DNA of 64,000 nt from Bacteriovoracia bacterium. GTDB lineage: Bacteria; Bdellovibrionota; UBA1018; JBFWNL01. Numbering within the stretch: position 1 is the first letter of the stretch; every line of letters starts with the position of its first letter. The translations under genes were made by a program, and so were the position numbers. The notes under the pieces are model-generated. The model was not told the DNA's origin. It did no database searches and was given only the letters and a program-made list of their open reading frames with translations. The stretch lies in assembly GCA_050251055.1 (NCBI GenBank), contig JBFWNL010000005.1, positions 64,001 to 128,000 on the forward strand, written 5' to 3'. Below are positions 46,287 to 56,338 of the stretch, piece after piece.

Positions 46287-49200
46287 ATGCAAACATTTCT
46301 AAAGAAACTGGGTTCAATGCTGGCCACGTCCGCGTTCCTCGCGGCCTCCTCCGGCTGTGTGGTGGTAACCAAGGGTTCGCTTTCAAAAAAGCAAATCGTT
46401 ATCCCCGATGCCAAGCTGGTTTCCTTGGAAATCGACCCTCCCACCGCGGCCATCGCCAAGGGCACGGAAGTGGGATTCACGGCGACCGCGATCTTCGACG
46501 ACGGCACTAAAACGGAAATCAAGGAAGTGGCGACCTGGGTCACCAGCAACGCCGCGGTTGCCACGGTAGAGAACACCGGCGATGAAATCGGTAACGCCAC
46601 GGGCGTGACCGTCGGGACCGTATTGGTTCAAGCGACCTATGAAGGCATGACCGCGGAAGCGGAGCTCGAAGTCACCGCCGCGGAACTCGTGAGCTTGGCC
46701 GTGACTCCGGCCAGCCCGGTGGTCGCGAAAGGCACGACGCAGGCGCTGGTCGTTACCGGCACGTACACCGACAATTCTACCCAAGACATTTCGGGTCTCG
46801 TGACTTGGCTTTCGGCTGACGGCGCGGTGGCCATGGTTGACGCCGCTGGCGTGCTTACCGCCGTAAACGGCGGATCTGCCAACATCACCGCGATGCTCGA
46901 CGGCAAGTCGGGCTCGCAAACTGTGACGGTCACTTCGGCCAGCCTGGTTTCCATCGACGTCACTCCCGCCAATCCTTCCGCCGCGAAGGGCACCACTAAA
47001 CAGTTTACGGCGACCGGCGTTTTCAGCGATGCCAGCACCCAAAACCTTACCGCCATGGCGACGTGGAGTTCGTCCGCCACGGGGGTAGCGACGGTCAGTA
47101 TTTCCGGCCTTGCCTCCGGCGTAGCCATGGGCAGCGCTAACATTAGTGCAAGCTACGGCGGCCAGACGGGCCAGACCACGTTCACGGTGACGGCGGCCAC
47201 ACTTGTTTCCATCGATATTACTCCTAAAAATCCCACGAAGCCTTTGGGCCTGAGCGAGCAGCTCACCGCCACTGGCACGTATACCGACGCCACGACGCAG
47301 GACCTGACTTCGCTCGTGACGTGGTCTTCCGATGATACTTCAGTAGCGACGGTCAGCAACGCGGGCGGCACCCAGGGTAAGGCTACGACCGGTAGCAAGA
47401 CCGGCACGGCGAAAATCAAGGCCGCCTTGAGTGGCGTGGAAGCGGAAGTAGATTTCACCACCACGAGTCCAGAGCTTGTGTCGATCGGCGTGACGCCTTC
47501 CAACCCATCTATTGCCAAGGGCCTGACCCAGCAGTTTACCGCTACCGGCGTGTATACCGACAACAGCTCGGCGGATATCACCAGCGATGTGACTTGGTCT
47601 TCTTCCGCTTCGGACGTTGCTTCGATCAGTAACGCGGGTGGTAGCAAGGGCTTGGCTTCTTCGATCAAGGCCGGATCTACCACGGTTACGGCCGCGAAGG
47701 GATCGATCAACGGTTCGACCACTTTGACAGTCACCGCCGCGGAACTTGTTTCGGTCGCGGTTACTCCGGGCACGCCCTCGATCGCGAAGGGCTTAACCCA
47801 GCAGTTCGCCCTGACCGGCACGTACACCGATGCAACCACCCAAGATTTGACCGCGACGGGTACTTGGACTTCGTCGAACACGGGCGTGGCGACTATTAGC
47901 AACGCCGGCGGTAGCCAGGGCTTAGCAACGAGCGTGGCCGCGGGTTCGACGACGATCACCGGCACCTCGGGCGGCAAGAGTCATACGGCAACGCTTACGG
48001 TGACGGCGGCGACGCTGGTTTCCGTCGGCGTGACCCCGAAGAGCACGTCGATCGCTCTGGGGCTCACGAAACAGTTTGCGGTTACGGGTGTGTACACCGA
48101 CGCCTCGACGCAGGATCTGACGGCATCTGCGACGTGGAGCTCGAGCGATACCGGCGTGGCGACGATCAGCAACGCGGGCGGGAGCCAAGGTTTGGCTACT
48201 TCGGCGGGCACGGGCTCGACGACGATTACGGCCACCTATAGCGGTCAAAGTGATACCGCCAGCCTCGCGGTTACCGCCGCAGAGTTGGTCTCGATCGGAG
48301 TCTCCGGATCGAAAGCTTCGATTCCGAAAGGTTTGACCACTCAGTTGACCGCCACGGGTACCTACACGGATGGTTCGAAACAGGCTTTAACCACGACGGC
48401 GACTTGGACTTCGAACGATTCGCTCGTCGCGGCCGTTAACAACGCTGGCAGCAAGGGCTTGGTGAGTGGCGCCGGCAAGGGGAGCGCCACGATCACTGCG
48501 GCCGTGGGAGGCATCAGCGGTACGTTCGATATCTCTGTGACGGACGCCGAACTCGTGTCCATCGCGGTAAGCCCCTCGTCCGCCTCGGTGGCGAAGGGTC
48601 TGACCCAGCAGTTCGCGGCTACCGGTACCTATACGGATAGCAGCACCCAAACGTTGACGACGACGGTGACCTGGTCTTCGTCCGACACTGGCGTGGTGAC
48701 GATCAGTAACGCGGGCGGCAGCAAGGGCTTGGCGTCTTCGATCGCTACGGGTTCGGTTACGATCACGGCGACTTCGGGTACGGTAAGCGGCACGGCTTCG
48801 ATGACGGTGACGGCGGCGACGCTTGTCTCCGTCGCGGTCACGCCGGGAAGTGCGACCAAGGCTGCGGGCTATACCCAGCAGTTTACGGCGACGGGCACGT
48901 ATACCGATGCTTCGACGCAGAATCTGACGAGTTCGGCCACTTGGAGTTCTAGCTCATCGGGCGTAGGTTCGGTTTCTAACGCCGCTGGAACTAAAGGCCT
49001 GGCGACGGCCGTTTCTTCCGGCACGGTAACGATTACGGCTCTCAGCGGCGGCGTATCCGGTACGGCGACGTTCACCGTGACGGCCGCAGTCGTGACTTCA
49101 CTCATTGCGACCGACGAAATCAACTTGGCCGTGGGCGATGCCGAAGAGGCCTTTGCCATGGCATTATACTCTAACTCAACCAGTGCCGACGTGACTGCAG

Positions 49201-49385
49201 AAACGACTTGGACTTCAAGCGACGAAAGTATCGTGCAGCTAGACTCCAAGGCTCCTAACCAAGCCACTTGCGTTGCCGAAGGCAATGCGAAGCTCACGGC
49301 GGAATACAGTGGATTCACGGCCGAAGTTCCCGTGAACTGCGTGGATATGAGCGGCGGCGGCGGTGGCGGCGACACTAAAAAGTAA
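46287..49385 (+). CDS. Ig-like (Big_2) repeat surface lipoprotein, about 11 repeats (Lig-like)
   Basis: Repeats SIAKGLTQQFTATGxYTD..WSSS; lipobox ASSGC. Confidence 0.92.
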   Translation: MQTFLKKLGSMLATSAFLAASSGCVVVTKGSLSKKQIVIPDAKLVSLEIDPPTAAIAKGTEVGFTATAIFDDGTKTEIKEVATWVTSNAAVATVENTGDEIGNATGVTVGTVLVQATYEGMTAEAELEVTAAELVSLAVTPASPVVAKGTTQALVVTGTYTDNSTQDISGLVTWLSADGAVAMVDAAGVLTAVNGGSANITAMLDGKSGSQTVTVTSASLVSIDVTPANPSAAKGTTKQFTATGVFSDASTQNLTAMATWSSSATGVATVSISGLASGVAMGSANISASYGGQTGQTTFTVTAATLVSIDITPKNPTKPLGLSEQLTATGTYTDATTQDLTSLVTWSSDDTSVATVSNAGGTQGKATTGSKTGTAKIKAALSGVEAEVDFTTTSPELVSIGVTPSNPSIAKGLTQQFTATGVYTDNSSADITSDVTWSSSASDVASISNAGGSKGLASSIKAGSTTVTAAKGSINGSTTLTVTAAELVSVAVTPGTPSIAKGLTQQFALTGTYTDATTQDLTATGTWTSSNTGVATISNAGGSQGLATSVAAGSTTITGTSGGKSHTATLTVTAATLVSVGVTPKSTSIALGLTKQFAVTGVYTDASTQDLTASATWSSSDTGVATISNAGGSQGLATSAGTGSTTITATYSGQSDTASLAVTAAELVSIGVSGSKASIPKGLTTQLTATGTYTDGSKQALTTTATWTSNDSLVAAVNNAGSKGLVSGAGKGSATITAAVGGISGTFDISVTDAELVSIAVSPSSASVAKGLTQQFAATGTYTDSSTQTLTTTVTWSSSDTGVVTISNAGGSKGLASSIATGSVTITATSGTVSGTASMTVTAATLVSVAVTPGSATKAAGYTQQFTATGTYTDASTQNLTSSATWSSSSSGVGSVSNAAGTKGLATAVSSGTVTITALSGGVSGTATFTVTAAVVTSLIATDEINLAVGDAEEAFAMALYSNSTSADVTAETTWTSSDESIVQLDSKAPNQATCVAEGNAKLTAEYSGFTAEVPVNCVDMSGGGGGGDTKK

Positions 49386-49390
49386 GGTGT

Positions 49391-50290
49391 TTGCCGCAAG
49401 GTGACGGCCATGCTAAAGCCATACGCATGCCGTCTGCACGCCTTGCTCAGTCCGCCCGCCTAATCGAGCTGCCCGACATAACTCGATTGGCGAAAAACTC
49501 GAAGCTGAAATCCGCGTCTCGGATTTGGCTCTGGCTGTTGAAGGCCTACTTTCGTGTGGAAGTCGAGGGTCTGGAGAATATCCCCCGCCGTGGCCGAGCG
49601 CTTATCATGCCGAACCACTCCGGATTCGCCGGGGCGGACGCGGTCCTGCTGACTTACATCGTAAAACGCAATACCCGCCGTCGCGCCCGGATTTTGGCGC
49701 ATCGGGCATTTTTTGATTTTTCCAAAACCTTGAAGACGATCTCCGAAAGCCATGGCCTGCGGAAGGCTTCGATACAATCGGGGGTAGACGTGCTCAAGCG
49801 CGATCAGCTCCTGGTGATCTTCCCCGAAGGCGAGACCGGAAACTTCAAGTCTACTTACCGGCGTTATAAACTGCAGCGCTTTCACACGGGGTTCCTGCGC
49901 ATGGCGGCCCAGGCCCAGGCGCCCATCATTCCCTGCGTGATTATTGGCGCGGAAGAAAGCCACCTCAACCTCGGTAACATTAACTTCTCGAAACTCATCC
50001 GCGGGCTGCGGATGCCGTTGCCGCTCAACTGGATCCCGTTACCGGCGAAGTGGCGGATCGTCTTTTTGCCGCCGTTGCCGATCGAATGGACGTCCGAACT
50101 CCTGACCAATCCAGAAAAGTTGAAGGCTTTGGCAGAAAAAATTCAATCCAACCACCAGCGCGAACTCAAGAAACGGCTTCAAAGCCGCCCGTATGTTTAT
50201 TTTCGGCAAACCCAAAAAATCTACAATGAAGTCCGCCGGCGCGTCGGTGCCCGGCTCAGGTCAAAAGCGCGAGCAGGTCGTCGCGGGTAA
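49391..50290 (+). CDS. Lysophospholipid acyltransferase (PlsC-like)
   Basis: NHSGFAGAD, IFPEG motifs. Confidence 0.88.
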   Translation: MPQGDGHAKAIRMPSARLAQSARLIELPDITRLAKNSKLKSASRIWLWLLKAYFRVEVEGLENIPRRGRALIMPNHSGFAGADAVLLTYIVKRNTRRRARILAHRAFFDFSKTLKTISESHGLRKASIQSGVDVLKRDQLLVIFPEGETGNFKSTYRRYKLQRFHTGFLRMAAQAQAPIIPCVIIGAEESHLNLGNINFSKLIRGLRMPLPLNWIPLPAKWRIVFLPPLPIEWTSELLTNPEKLKALAEKIQSNHQRELKKRLQSRPYVYFRQTQKIYNEVRRRVGARLRSKARAGRRG

Positions 50291-53222
50291 GCGCCGTGTC
50301 CCCGAAAGTCAGCAGGTCTTCGGCGAGCTGTTGCTTGCTCGCCTGCAGGGCCAGAATTTTTTCCTCGATCGTATCGCGGGCAATGAGTTTATGGATGATT
50401 ACGGGCCGGGACTGTCCGATGCGATGGGCCCGATCGGCGGCTTGTCGCTCGACCGCGGGGTTCCACCACGGATCCATCAGGAAGACGTAGTCGGCTTCCG
50501 TGAGTGTTAGGCCCACGCCACCTGCTTTCAGAGAGAGCAGTAGAACGGGCGGCCCATCCGGCCGTTGAAACCCTTGCACGATTTCTTCGCGATTCGCGGT
50601 GGCGCCGTCGAGCCGGAGGAAGGGAATATCCCGTTCGAGGAGTCCGGGCTCCAATAAGTCCAGGAAGCTTGTCCATTGGGAGAATACGAGGGCCTTGTGC
50701 CCGGCGGCCACGGCTTCGTGCAATCTCTCCCAAAGAAGCTCCGCCTTAGCGGAGCTTGCGTCCGCCTCGGTCATGCCCGGAAGGAGGCGCGGGTGGCAAC
50801 AGGCCTGGCGCAAGCGAAGCAACGCTTCGAGCGCCCCAAATAGACCGCCTGCAGAATGCCCTGAGGCAAGTTGGGCCACAACTTCGGCGCGGGTCGCCGC
50901 GAGCACGGCCTGGTACTTTTCTCGTTCCGGCGCGCTGAGTTCGAGCGAAAGAGTAAGCTCAGTCTTGGATGGGAGCTCGCGCGTGACGTCTTCTTTTGTC
51001 CGGCGCAGGAAAAACGGGCGGATTCGCCGCCGCGTGGATTCGACATCGCTTTCGCCGAATTCGCGCGGGAGCAATCCCGGATTGATGAATTCGAACTGCG
51101 CCCACAGATCCGAAAAGCGGTTTTCGATCGGCGTTCCCGAGAGCGCCAGGCGGAATGGGGCCCGTAGTTTTTTCACGGCTTGGAAGGTTTGGCTTTGCGG
51201 ATTTCGAATGATCTGTGACTCGTCGATCACGATCATGTCCCAAGCTTCTCCGGCCAGACGGTCAGCTTCGGCACGCAAAGTGCCGAAGCTCGTTAGCATG
51301 ACGTCGCCGCCCTCGATTGCGCGACCCGCGCCATGGAAGAGATTCGGTGCGAGGCTGGGTCGGAATTTGCGCAATTGCTCGCGCCAACCGTGGAGAACAC
51401 TCGTCGGTGCGACGACTAATGTACGGGCGCCACCGCCTTCGGGCATTGCGCAGATCGCTTGCAAGGTCTTGCCTAAACCCATGTCGTCGGCCAGCAGTCC
51501 ACCCATTTCGTGGCGGCGGAGGAACTGCAGCCAGGCCACGCCTGCTTTCTGGTAGTCGCGCAGCGTGGCGCTTACTCCCGCGGGGAGAGCGGCGGCGGGA
51601 ATTTGGGTGAAGTCTTTCGTGAATTCACGAATTCGCGCCAGGGTTTGGGCTTCTCCGTCGACTTCGCCAATATCAAGTAGGGCGGGGATCAGGTACGGCG
51701 GCAGCCGCTCGCCGTTCGCCGTTTGGGCCGCAAGCAAATCTTGGATCGTCTTCCCGTAGCGTTCTAGCCAGTCGCGGGGCAATTCCCCCCAGGCGCCTTC
51801 GGTGACCGGCACGTACGCACGTCCGTCGCCCCACGCCGCCCAAACGGCGTCGGCCGTGACGCCCACGTCGTGGCTTCCCGTCGATGACCGGAATTGGAGT
51901 TGAAAGCGCCCTTTGGGGTCGAGGCTCAATTGTGGAATGAGTTCGCCTAGCAGCCGCGGCGAGGGTCGGGACGTTCCGCCCACGGGCTTTTCCGCCGGCT
52001 CGCCCAGGTTTTCCCAGCCCGCGGCGAGCCGTAAAAATCGCACCGCCTCCATCCCCTCGAAGCGAGTGGGTTGATCGAGCTGGAGATGAAGTTCGGACTT
52101 CAGCGATTTCGCTAGTGCGGCTTCTAGGGCGAGGATCGCCGCGTCTCGTATGGGGACTTTTCCAGGGTGCTCGAGCAAGAGCTCGCCGCCCCGAACTTGG
52201 CCAAGCCGGGGACCGCCGGGCTCGGCGTAGACGATCACGGCCGTTACCACGAGCCGGTCCTCGCCCAGGCTTTCTTGCTTCAGGGCAATCCGTGGACGCA
52301 CCCGGACGGACTCGGGTAATCGCGCCTCGCTGACGTCGAGCGCCAGCTCCTGACGCAGTTCAGGCAAAGTTTCGGAGACAAACCGGGGTAGGGCTTTTTC
52401 TTCGATGAGCCGTCCTTCGAGGAAAGCCAGGGTGGTCGTGGAAAGCCGGGGGACCTCGTAGGGGCATAAGGTGTCACCCTGACAGGCGATGCCATTTTCA
52501 AAGATCTCCATGCCGTTCCCACCTGCCTGGCTTTCGATCCGAAGGCCGCCCGGGACCCGCATCAGCCGCGCCGAGTGTCGGATGGGAGTCGTTGAGATTT
52601 TCATGCGCACCTCCGCCCGACGGGTTTCCGACAAGCCCTGCGCGGCTTTCAAAAATGAGATCGAGTCGGGCGCCTGGGTTCCGCCCGCTTCACTCAAAAG
52701 GCGATCCATCGCAAAGTCAGCGCGCGTGGCGGCTGGGAGCGCTCCCGCGATGCGGCCCGAGGTGATACCGCCCAGGTATCCGACTAGGCTTCCCGTCAGC
52801 GGGACTGGCGCGCCTCGCTGTACGATCGCGCGCTCGAGGAGCAGTCGAGGTAACGCTCGCCCCGCGCGGGTTACCCAAGTGTAGATGATCTGCCCGTTCT
52901 GTCGGGCCTGACCTTCGTGTCCCGCGCTTTCGTCCGGTTTCTTTAGCAGGTCGTTTTTCAGCGCCACGACTGCCGCCACCACGTGCAGGCAGGGTTCCAC
53001 CCGGTCTCCGCAATCGCAATAGGCGTCGTCTTCTTCGGGCCAAAGGGTGACCTGGGGACTTACGGGCCGATTCGTTACCTTGACGCGCAGGTGGATTTCC
53101 CCTGCTTCCCGTCGGTCTTCGTAGACGGAGTTCTCACGGGCCAACGCGACGCCGCGGGACCAGATTCCCGGTAGGGCTTGGCGTTGGATAGATTGAAAGA
53201 ATTCGTCGATCACCTTGGACAT
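50256..53222 (-). CDS. SWIM zinc finger-SNF2 family helicase
   Basis: CDC..CLHVVA; LADDMGLGKT, DESQ, SGTPIEN, DPWWNP..QAADRAHRIGQ. Confidence 0.93.
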   Translation of the reverse strand: MSKVIDEFFQSIQRQALPGIWSRGVALARENSVYEDRREAGEIHLRVKVTNRPVSPQVTLWPEEDDAYCDCGDRVEPCLHVVAAVVALKNDLLKKPDESAGHEGQARQNGQIIYTWVTRAGRALPRLLLERAIVQRGAPVPLTGSLVGYLGGITSGRIAGALPAATRADFAMDRLLSEAGGTQAPDSISFLKAAQGLSETRRAEVRMKISTTPIRHSARLMRVPGGLRIESQAGGNGMEIFENGIACQGDTLCPYEVPRLSTTTLAFLEGRLIEEKALPRFVSETLPELRQELALDVSEARLPESVRVRPRIALKQESLGEDRLVVTAVIVYAEPGGPRLGQVRGGELLLEHPGKVPIRDAAILALEAALAKSLKSELHLQLDQPTRFEGMEAVRFLRLAAGWENLGEPAEKPVGGTSRPSPRLLGELIPQLSLDPKGRFQLQFRSSTGSHDVGVTADAVWAAWGDGRAYVPVTEGAWGELPRDWLERYGKTIQDLLAAQTANGERLPPYLIPALLDIGEVDGEAQTLARIREFTKDFTQIPAAALPAGVSATLRDYQKAGVAWLQFLRRHEMGGLLADDMGLGKTLQAICAMPEGGGARTLVVAPTSVLHGWREQLRKFRPSLAPNLFHGAGRAIEGGDVMLTSFGTLRAEADRLAGEAWDMIVIDESQIIRNPQSQTFQAVKKLRAPFRLALSGTPIENRFSDLWAQFEFINPGLLPREFGESDVESTRRRIRPFFLRRTKEDVTRELPSKTELTLSLELSAPEREKYQAVLAATRAEVVAQLASGHSAGGLFGALEALLRLRQACCHPRLLPGMTEADASSAKAELLWERLHEAVAAGHKALVFSQWTSFLDLLEPGLLERDIPFLRLDGATANREEIVQGFQRPDGPPVLLLSLKAGGVGLTLTEADYVFLMDPWWNPAVERQAADRAHRIGQSRPVIIHKLIARDTIEEKILALQASKQQLAEDLLTFGDTALTRDDLLALLT

Positions 53223-53939
53223 ACCGGGATATACTGCCCCGGAGTGAAGCTCAAAACCACGCATTTATCACGGCCGCCGCACCCTTATTCGATTCCGATG
53301 ACACTGGGAATTCTCCTCTGGGTGGCCACCTGGTCCACCGCGTATTGGCAGGACTGGGGTGGACTCGCCGGCCTATGGAGCGCGATTCCCGAGCGCGTAC
53401 TTCAGCACGGCGAACTCTGGCGGATCCTCACCGCCGCGTTCGTTCACTCCGATCTGTCCCATTTGCTTTCCAATGCGTTGGGGTTGGGCGTGCTCTCGTT
53501 TCTCACTTTCGGTTACTACGGGTTCCGCGTGACGCCGCTACTGACGTTGGGGTTGGCTGCGGCGGCGAACTTGATCGTGATGTTCACGTACTCCCCGCAA
53601 GTTCGGCTGGTCGGAGCATCCGGCTGGGTATATACGCTCGCCGGTTTTTGGTTGGTTCAGTTCATTTGCCTGCAACGCCAATACACACTCCCGGGCAGAT
53701 GGATGCGTGCGGTGGCGGTCGCCTTGGCTACGATGGGACCTTCCACTTACGAGCCCGGCGTCAGCTACCGAACCCATGTGGTGGGATTTTTCTTGGGTGC
53801 CGTGGTTTCCTGGTTTTATTTTAGAATTCATCGCGAGCGTCTCCGCTCGGCGGAAGAGTGGGTATTGACGAGCTTGGAGCGCCCCCTGGGTTGGGAAGAA
53901 CAAGCGGATGCGTCTTCCAACCGTTCTCGCCCGTCTTGA
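53178..53939 (+). CDS. Rhomboid intramembrane serine protease (start uncertain)
   Basis: WRILTA, HLLSN, GASG, HVVGF. Confidence 0.85.
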   Translation: MALDRLKEFVDHLGHTGIYCPGVKLKTTHLSRPPHPYSIPMTLGILLWVATWSTAYWQDWGGLAGLWSAIPERVLQHGELWRILTAAFVHSDLSHLLSNALGLGVLSFLTFGYYGFRVTPLLTLGLAAAANLIVMFTYSPQVRLVGASGWVYTLAGFWLVQFICLQRQYTLPGRWMRAVAVALATMGPSTYEPGVSYRTHVVGFFLGAVVSWFYFRIHRERLRSAEEWVLTSLERPLGWEEQADASSNRSRPS

Positions 53940-53969
53940 CAACCCGCGTCTTATTCTGTATTAATACAG
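53936..53969 (+). promoter_or_regulatory. Sigma70-like promoter overlapped by a 14-bp palindrome
   Basis: TTGACA-N17-TATTAA; CTGTATTAATACAG at 53956-53969. Confidence 0.55.
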
Positions 53970-53982
53970 TCGGTTTATTGTT

Positions 53983-55557
53983 GTGAAAAACTACTTTAAT
54001 TTCAAATATTTAATTCTGGGATGGGGAATTGGGATCGGCGCAATTAGCTGTGCCCCCTCCGCTTCTCGAACTCCGCTTCCGAGTCATTCGGGAGGCGGCC
54101 ATCAAAGGGCTGCCGTGGAAGACGTTTACGTGGCCGAGGTCTGGCCGCTCGATGAGGCCGTATCTCGGCTGCAAAGTAATATCTCGACCTTGGCTAAAGG
54201 ACTCGAAGCAGAAGCGGAGCTTAAGCTGGAGGCGAGCCGATTCGTGGAATCCGTGCTGCGATCGCGCAACGGCGACGGTGCGGATATCCGTGCCTTTAAT
54301 CGTTTTGAGACCGTCTTTTCGGCGGTGTACGAGAACGACTTTCCCAGGGATCCGGTGTGGTTCGACGGTAGAGACCTCGTGGCGGACACGATCCAGCTCA
54401 TGAACTTTCTTCACCACCGCTTGCATGGTGCGGAGGAGGGAGAAAGTGGTTCCGGCCTCGACGACTACCGGGCGTGGGTGAGAATCCGAGAGCTGGCGGG
54501 TGCTCTGCGGGAGCGTATAAACGCCCAGCTCCAAGCTCGTGAGATCGTTTCCCGTGACTTCGTGACTTACGAAGTGGGCAGAGTTCGGATGACTGCCTCG
54601 TGGGCGGCTCAATTCCACGACGCATTGCGGGTGACACTATTCCACAACCCGCTTTGTAAGCGAGGTACCCTCCGCGCGCCTTTCGCTTGGAAAGACCTGT
54701 TTCCGAATCCGGAACTTTTACCCGCGTTGAACCAAACTTACCGGCAATTCCTGTATTTTTGGCAGGCGGCAGGGATCAGGGATTCTGCCACGGTTTTGGC
54801 TTTCAATCGGCTGCATGCGGAGCTGGACCGGCAAGCGGTCGTGTCGGCGAAGCTGACGGGATCGATGAAATTTTATCTTGAGCACACCAAGATCATCGAC
54901 GATCGGTCGCGCGTGCGGTTCGTCGTCAGTGAGTTAGAGCTTCCCGAGCTCAAGGATGACGAACAGGGTTTCGAGCTGCGGGTGGAGATGGAGAAGACCT
55001 TGTCGTTGATAGACGGCAACGCGCTGCAAGTCCGGCACGCGCTGGCTTCGACGGCGCTCCTCAAGCATTCGCCAGGGACTTCTGACAGCTTAGAGCTGAA
55101 TTTTCCGGCACGGCTGCTCAACGAAGCGATTGGCCAGCTGGAGCCCCTTTCCTTTTTTCCTCCTAGCCGTCTCCGCCTGGGGCTTTACCGGATTGATGGA
55201 AAGGGCGAAGAGCACGAGGTGGGTTATCTCTACCTGCCTTTCAAACGGAGTCTAGAGAACCCCTCGCTGACACGTTTGAATTTAATCGCGCTCTATCCAC
55301 CTAACGAGCGTTATGGGCTCGGGCATGTCAAAGGCTATGATTTAGGTCATTTTGAGTCCGATTCGGTGGATCGTAGTTTTCATCTTTACCTGGAAGAGAT
55401 CGATCGCGCCGCTCCGCAGGTGGAAGTCGCCCTCAATGAGCGTTGGGCGCGCTCTTTCCACGTGGGCGCTCCGGGCGAGGAAGAAGCCGCTACCCGGTGG
55501 GGCAAGGACACTCGAATTTTGGCCCGGATGCACCTTCAATTCCTGATTTCCCGATAG
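53983..55557 (+). CDS. Hypothetical lipoprotein
   Basis: Lipobox GAISC; 524-aa ORF. Confidence 0.7.
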   Translation: MKNYFNFKYLILGWGIGIGAISCAPSASRTPLPSHSGGGHQRAAVEDVYVAEVWPLDEAVSRLQSNISTLAKGLEAEAELKLEASRFVESVLRSRNGDGADIRAFNRFETVFSAVYENDFPRDPVWFDGRDLVADTIQLMNFLHHRLHGAEEGESGSGLDDYRAWVRIRELAGALRERINAQLQAREIVSRDFVTYEVGRVRMTASWAAQFHDALRVTLFHNPLCKRGTLRAPFAWKDLFPNPELLPALNQTYRQFLYFWQAAGIRDSATVLAFNRLHAELDRQAVVSAKLTGSMKFYLEHTKIIDDRSRVRFVVSELELPELKDDEQGFELRVEMEKTLSLIDGNALQVRHALASTALLKHSPGTSDSLELNFPARLLNEAIGQLEPLSFFPPSRLRLGLYRIDGKGEEHEVGYLYLPFKRSLENPSLTRLNLIALYPPNERYGLGHVKGYDLGHFESDSVDRSFHLYLEEIDRAAPQVEVALNERWARSFHVGAPGEEEAATRWGKDTRILARMHLQFLISR

Positions 55558-55573
55558 TACAATACGGGCACGC

Positions 55574-56338
55574 ATGACCATCGCGCGAGCCGGGCTGATT
55601 TCCTTTTTTTTGTTTTTCGGTTTCTCCCGTGGAGCCGTCGCCGAGGAATGGCAGGTTTTGGCGGAGCGACTGACGGGGGAGTCCGACGCCGCGCGCGCCG
55701 AAGTCGTGCAAGCGTTGCGCGACGTCCCCGATCTCCAAAATCTCCTGTTTCGGGAGTTAAGCGGTATGAACCGCCCTCTGGCGCTCGATGTGATCGCCGC
55801 GCTTGGATTGAAGGAGTTCATCCCGGAGCTCAAGGCGCGCGTGGCCAGCGATGCCGATGGCTTGGTCACGTTGGCTTTGAATACCTTGGCCGCGGGACCC
55901 GCGGCGCACGAGCTGGCGGAGTTTTACCGGGCCGTGCTCGAAACCGCCCGTACGGGGATTTACCTATCTCCCGTGACGCGGGTGATTCTACTCGACACCT
56001 TGGGACGTTTTGGCGGATTCGTGGATCCTGCCGTGCTTCAGGAGCTGCTGGTGGCCGACGAACCCGAAGTCCGCAGCGCGGTCTTGTACTACTCTCGCTT
56101 CTTCTGGAAAAAAAGCGAGCGAGCTGAGCTTTTACCTTTAGCCAGGGAAGCCCTCTTTGCCCCTGCTTTTCAGCTGCGCCTACAGGTTTTGAGTCTCCTG
56201 CCGGAGTTGCCGCCCGCGTTTCGTTCCACGGGACGTCGCTATCTCGACCACTGCTTGCGGGATCCCCATGCGGAAGTGCGGGCTCAGTGCCGTTTGCAGC
56301 TTCAAGCCGAGTTGACGCGAGGGTGGGGGCGTTCATGA
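55574..56338 (+). CDS. Secreted HEAT-repeat-like protein
   Basis: Signal peptide; DEPEVRSAV, DPHAEVR helical repeats. Confidence 0.65.
   Translation: MTIARAGLISFFLFFGFSRGAVAEEWQVLAERLTGESDAARAEVVQALRDVPDLQNLLFRELSGMNRPLALDVIAALGLKEFIPELKARVASDADGLVTLALNTLAAGPAAHELAEFYRAVLETARTGIYLSPVTRVILLDTLGRFGGFVDPAVLQELLVADEPEVRSAVLYYSRFFWKKSERAELLPLAREALFAPAFQLRLQVLSLLPELPPAFRSTGRRYLDHCLRDPHAEVRAQCRLQLQAELTRGWGRS

Noticed and set aside
44075-49385. Long DNA repeats as a CRISPR array or mobile element
   Set aside because: They are degenerate in-frame Ig-domain repeats with no spacer structure.
50256-53222. SNF2 helicase as part of an anti-phage system
   Set aside because: It has the ordinary SWIM-SNF2 architecture with housekeeping neighbours and no methylase or nuclease partners.
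53956-53969. LexA SOS box
   Set aside because: Spacing is CTGT-N6-ACAG, not the canonical N8; kept only as an unassigned operator.
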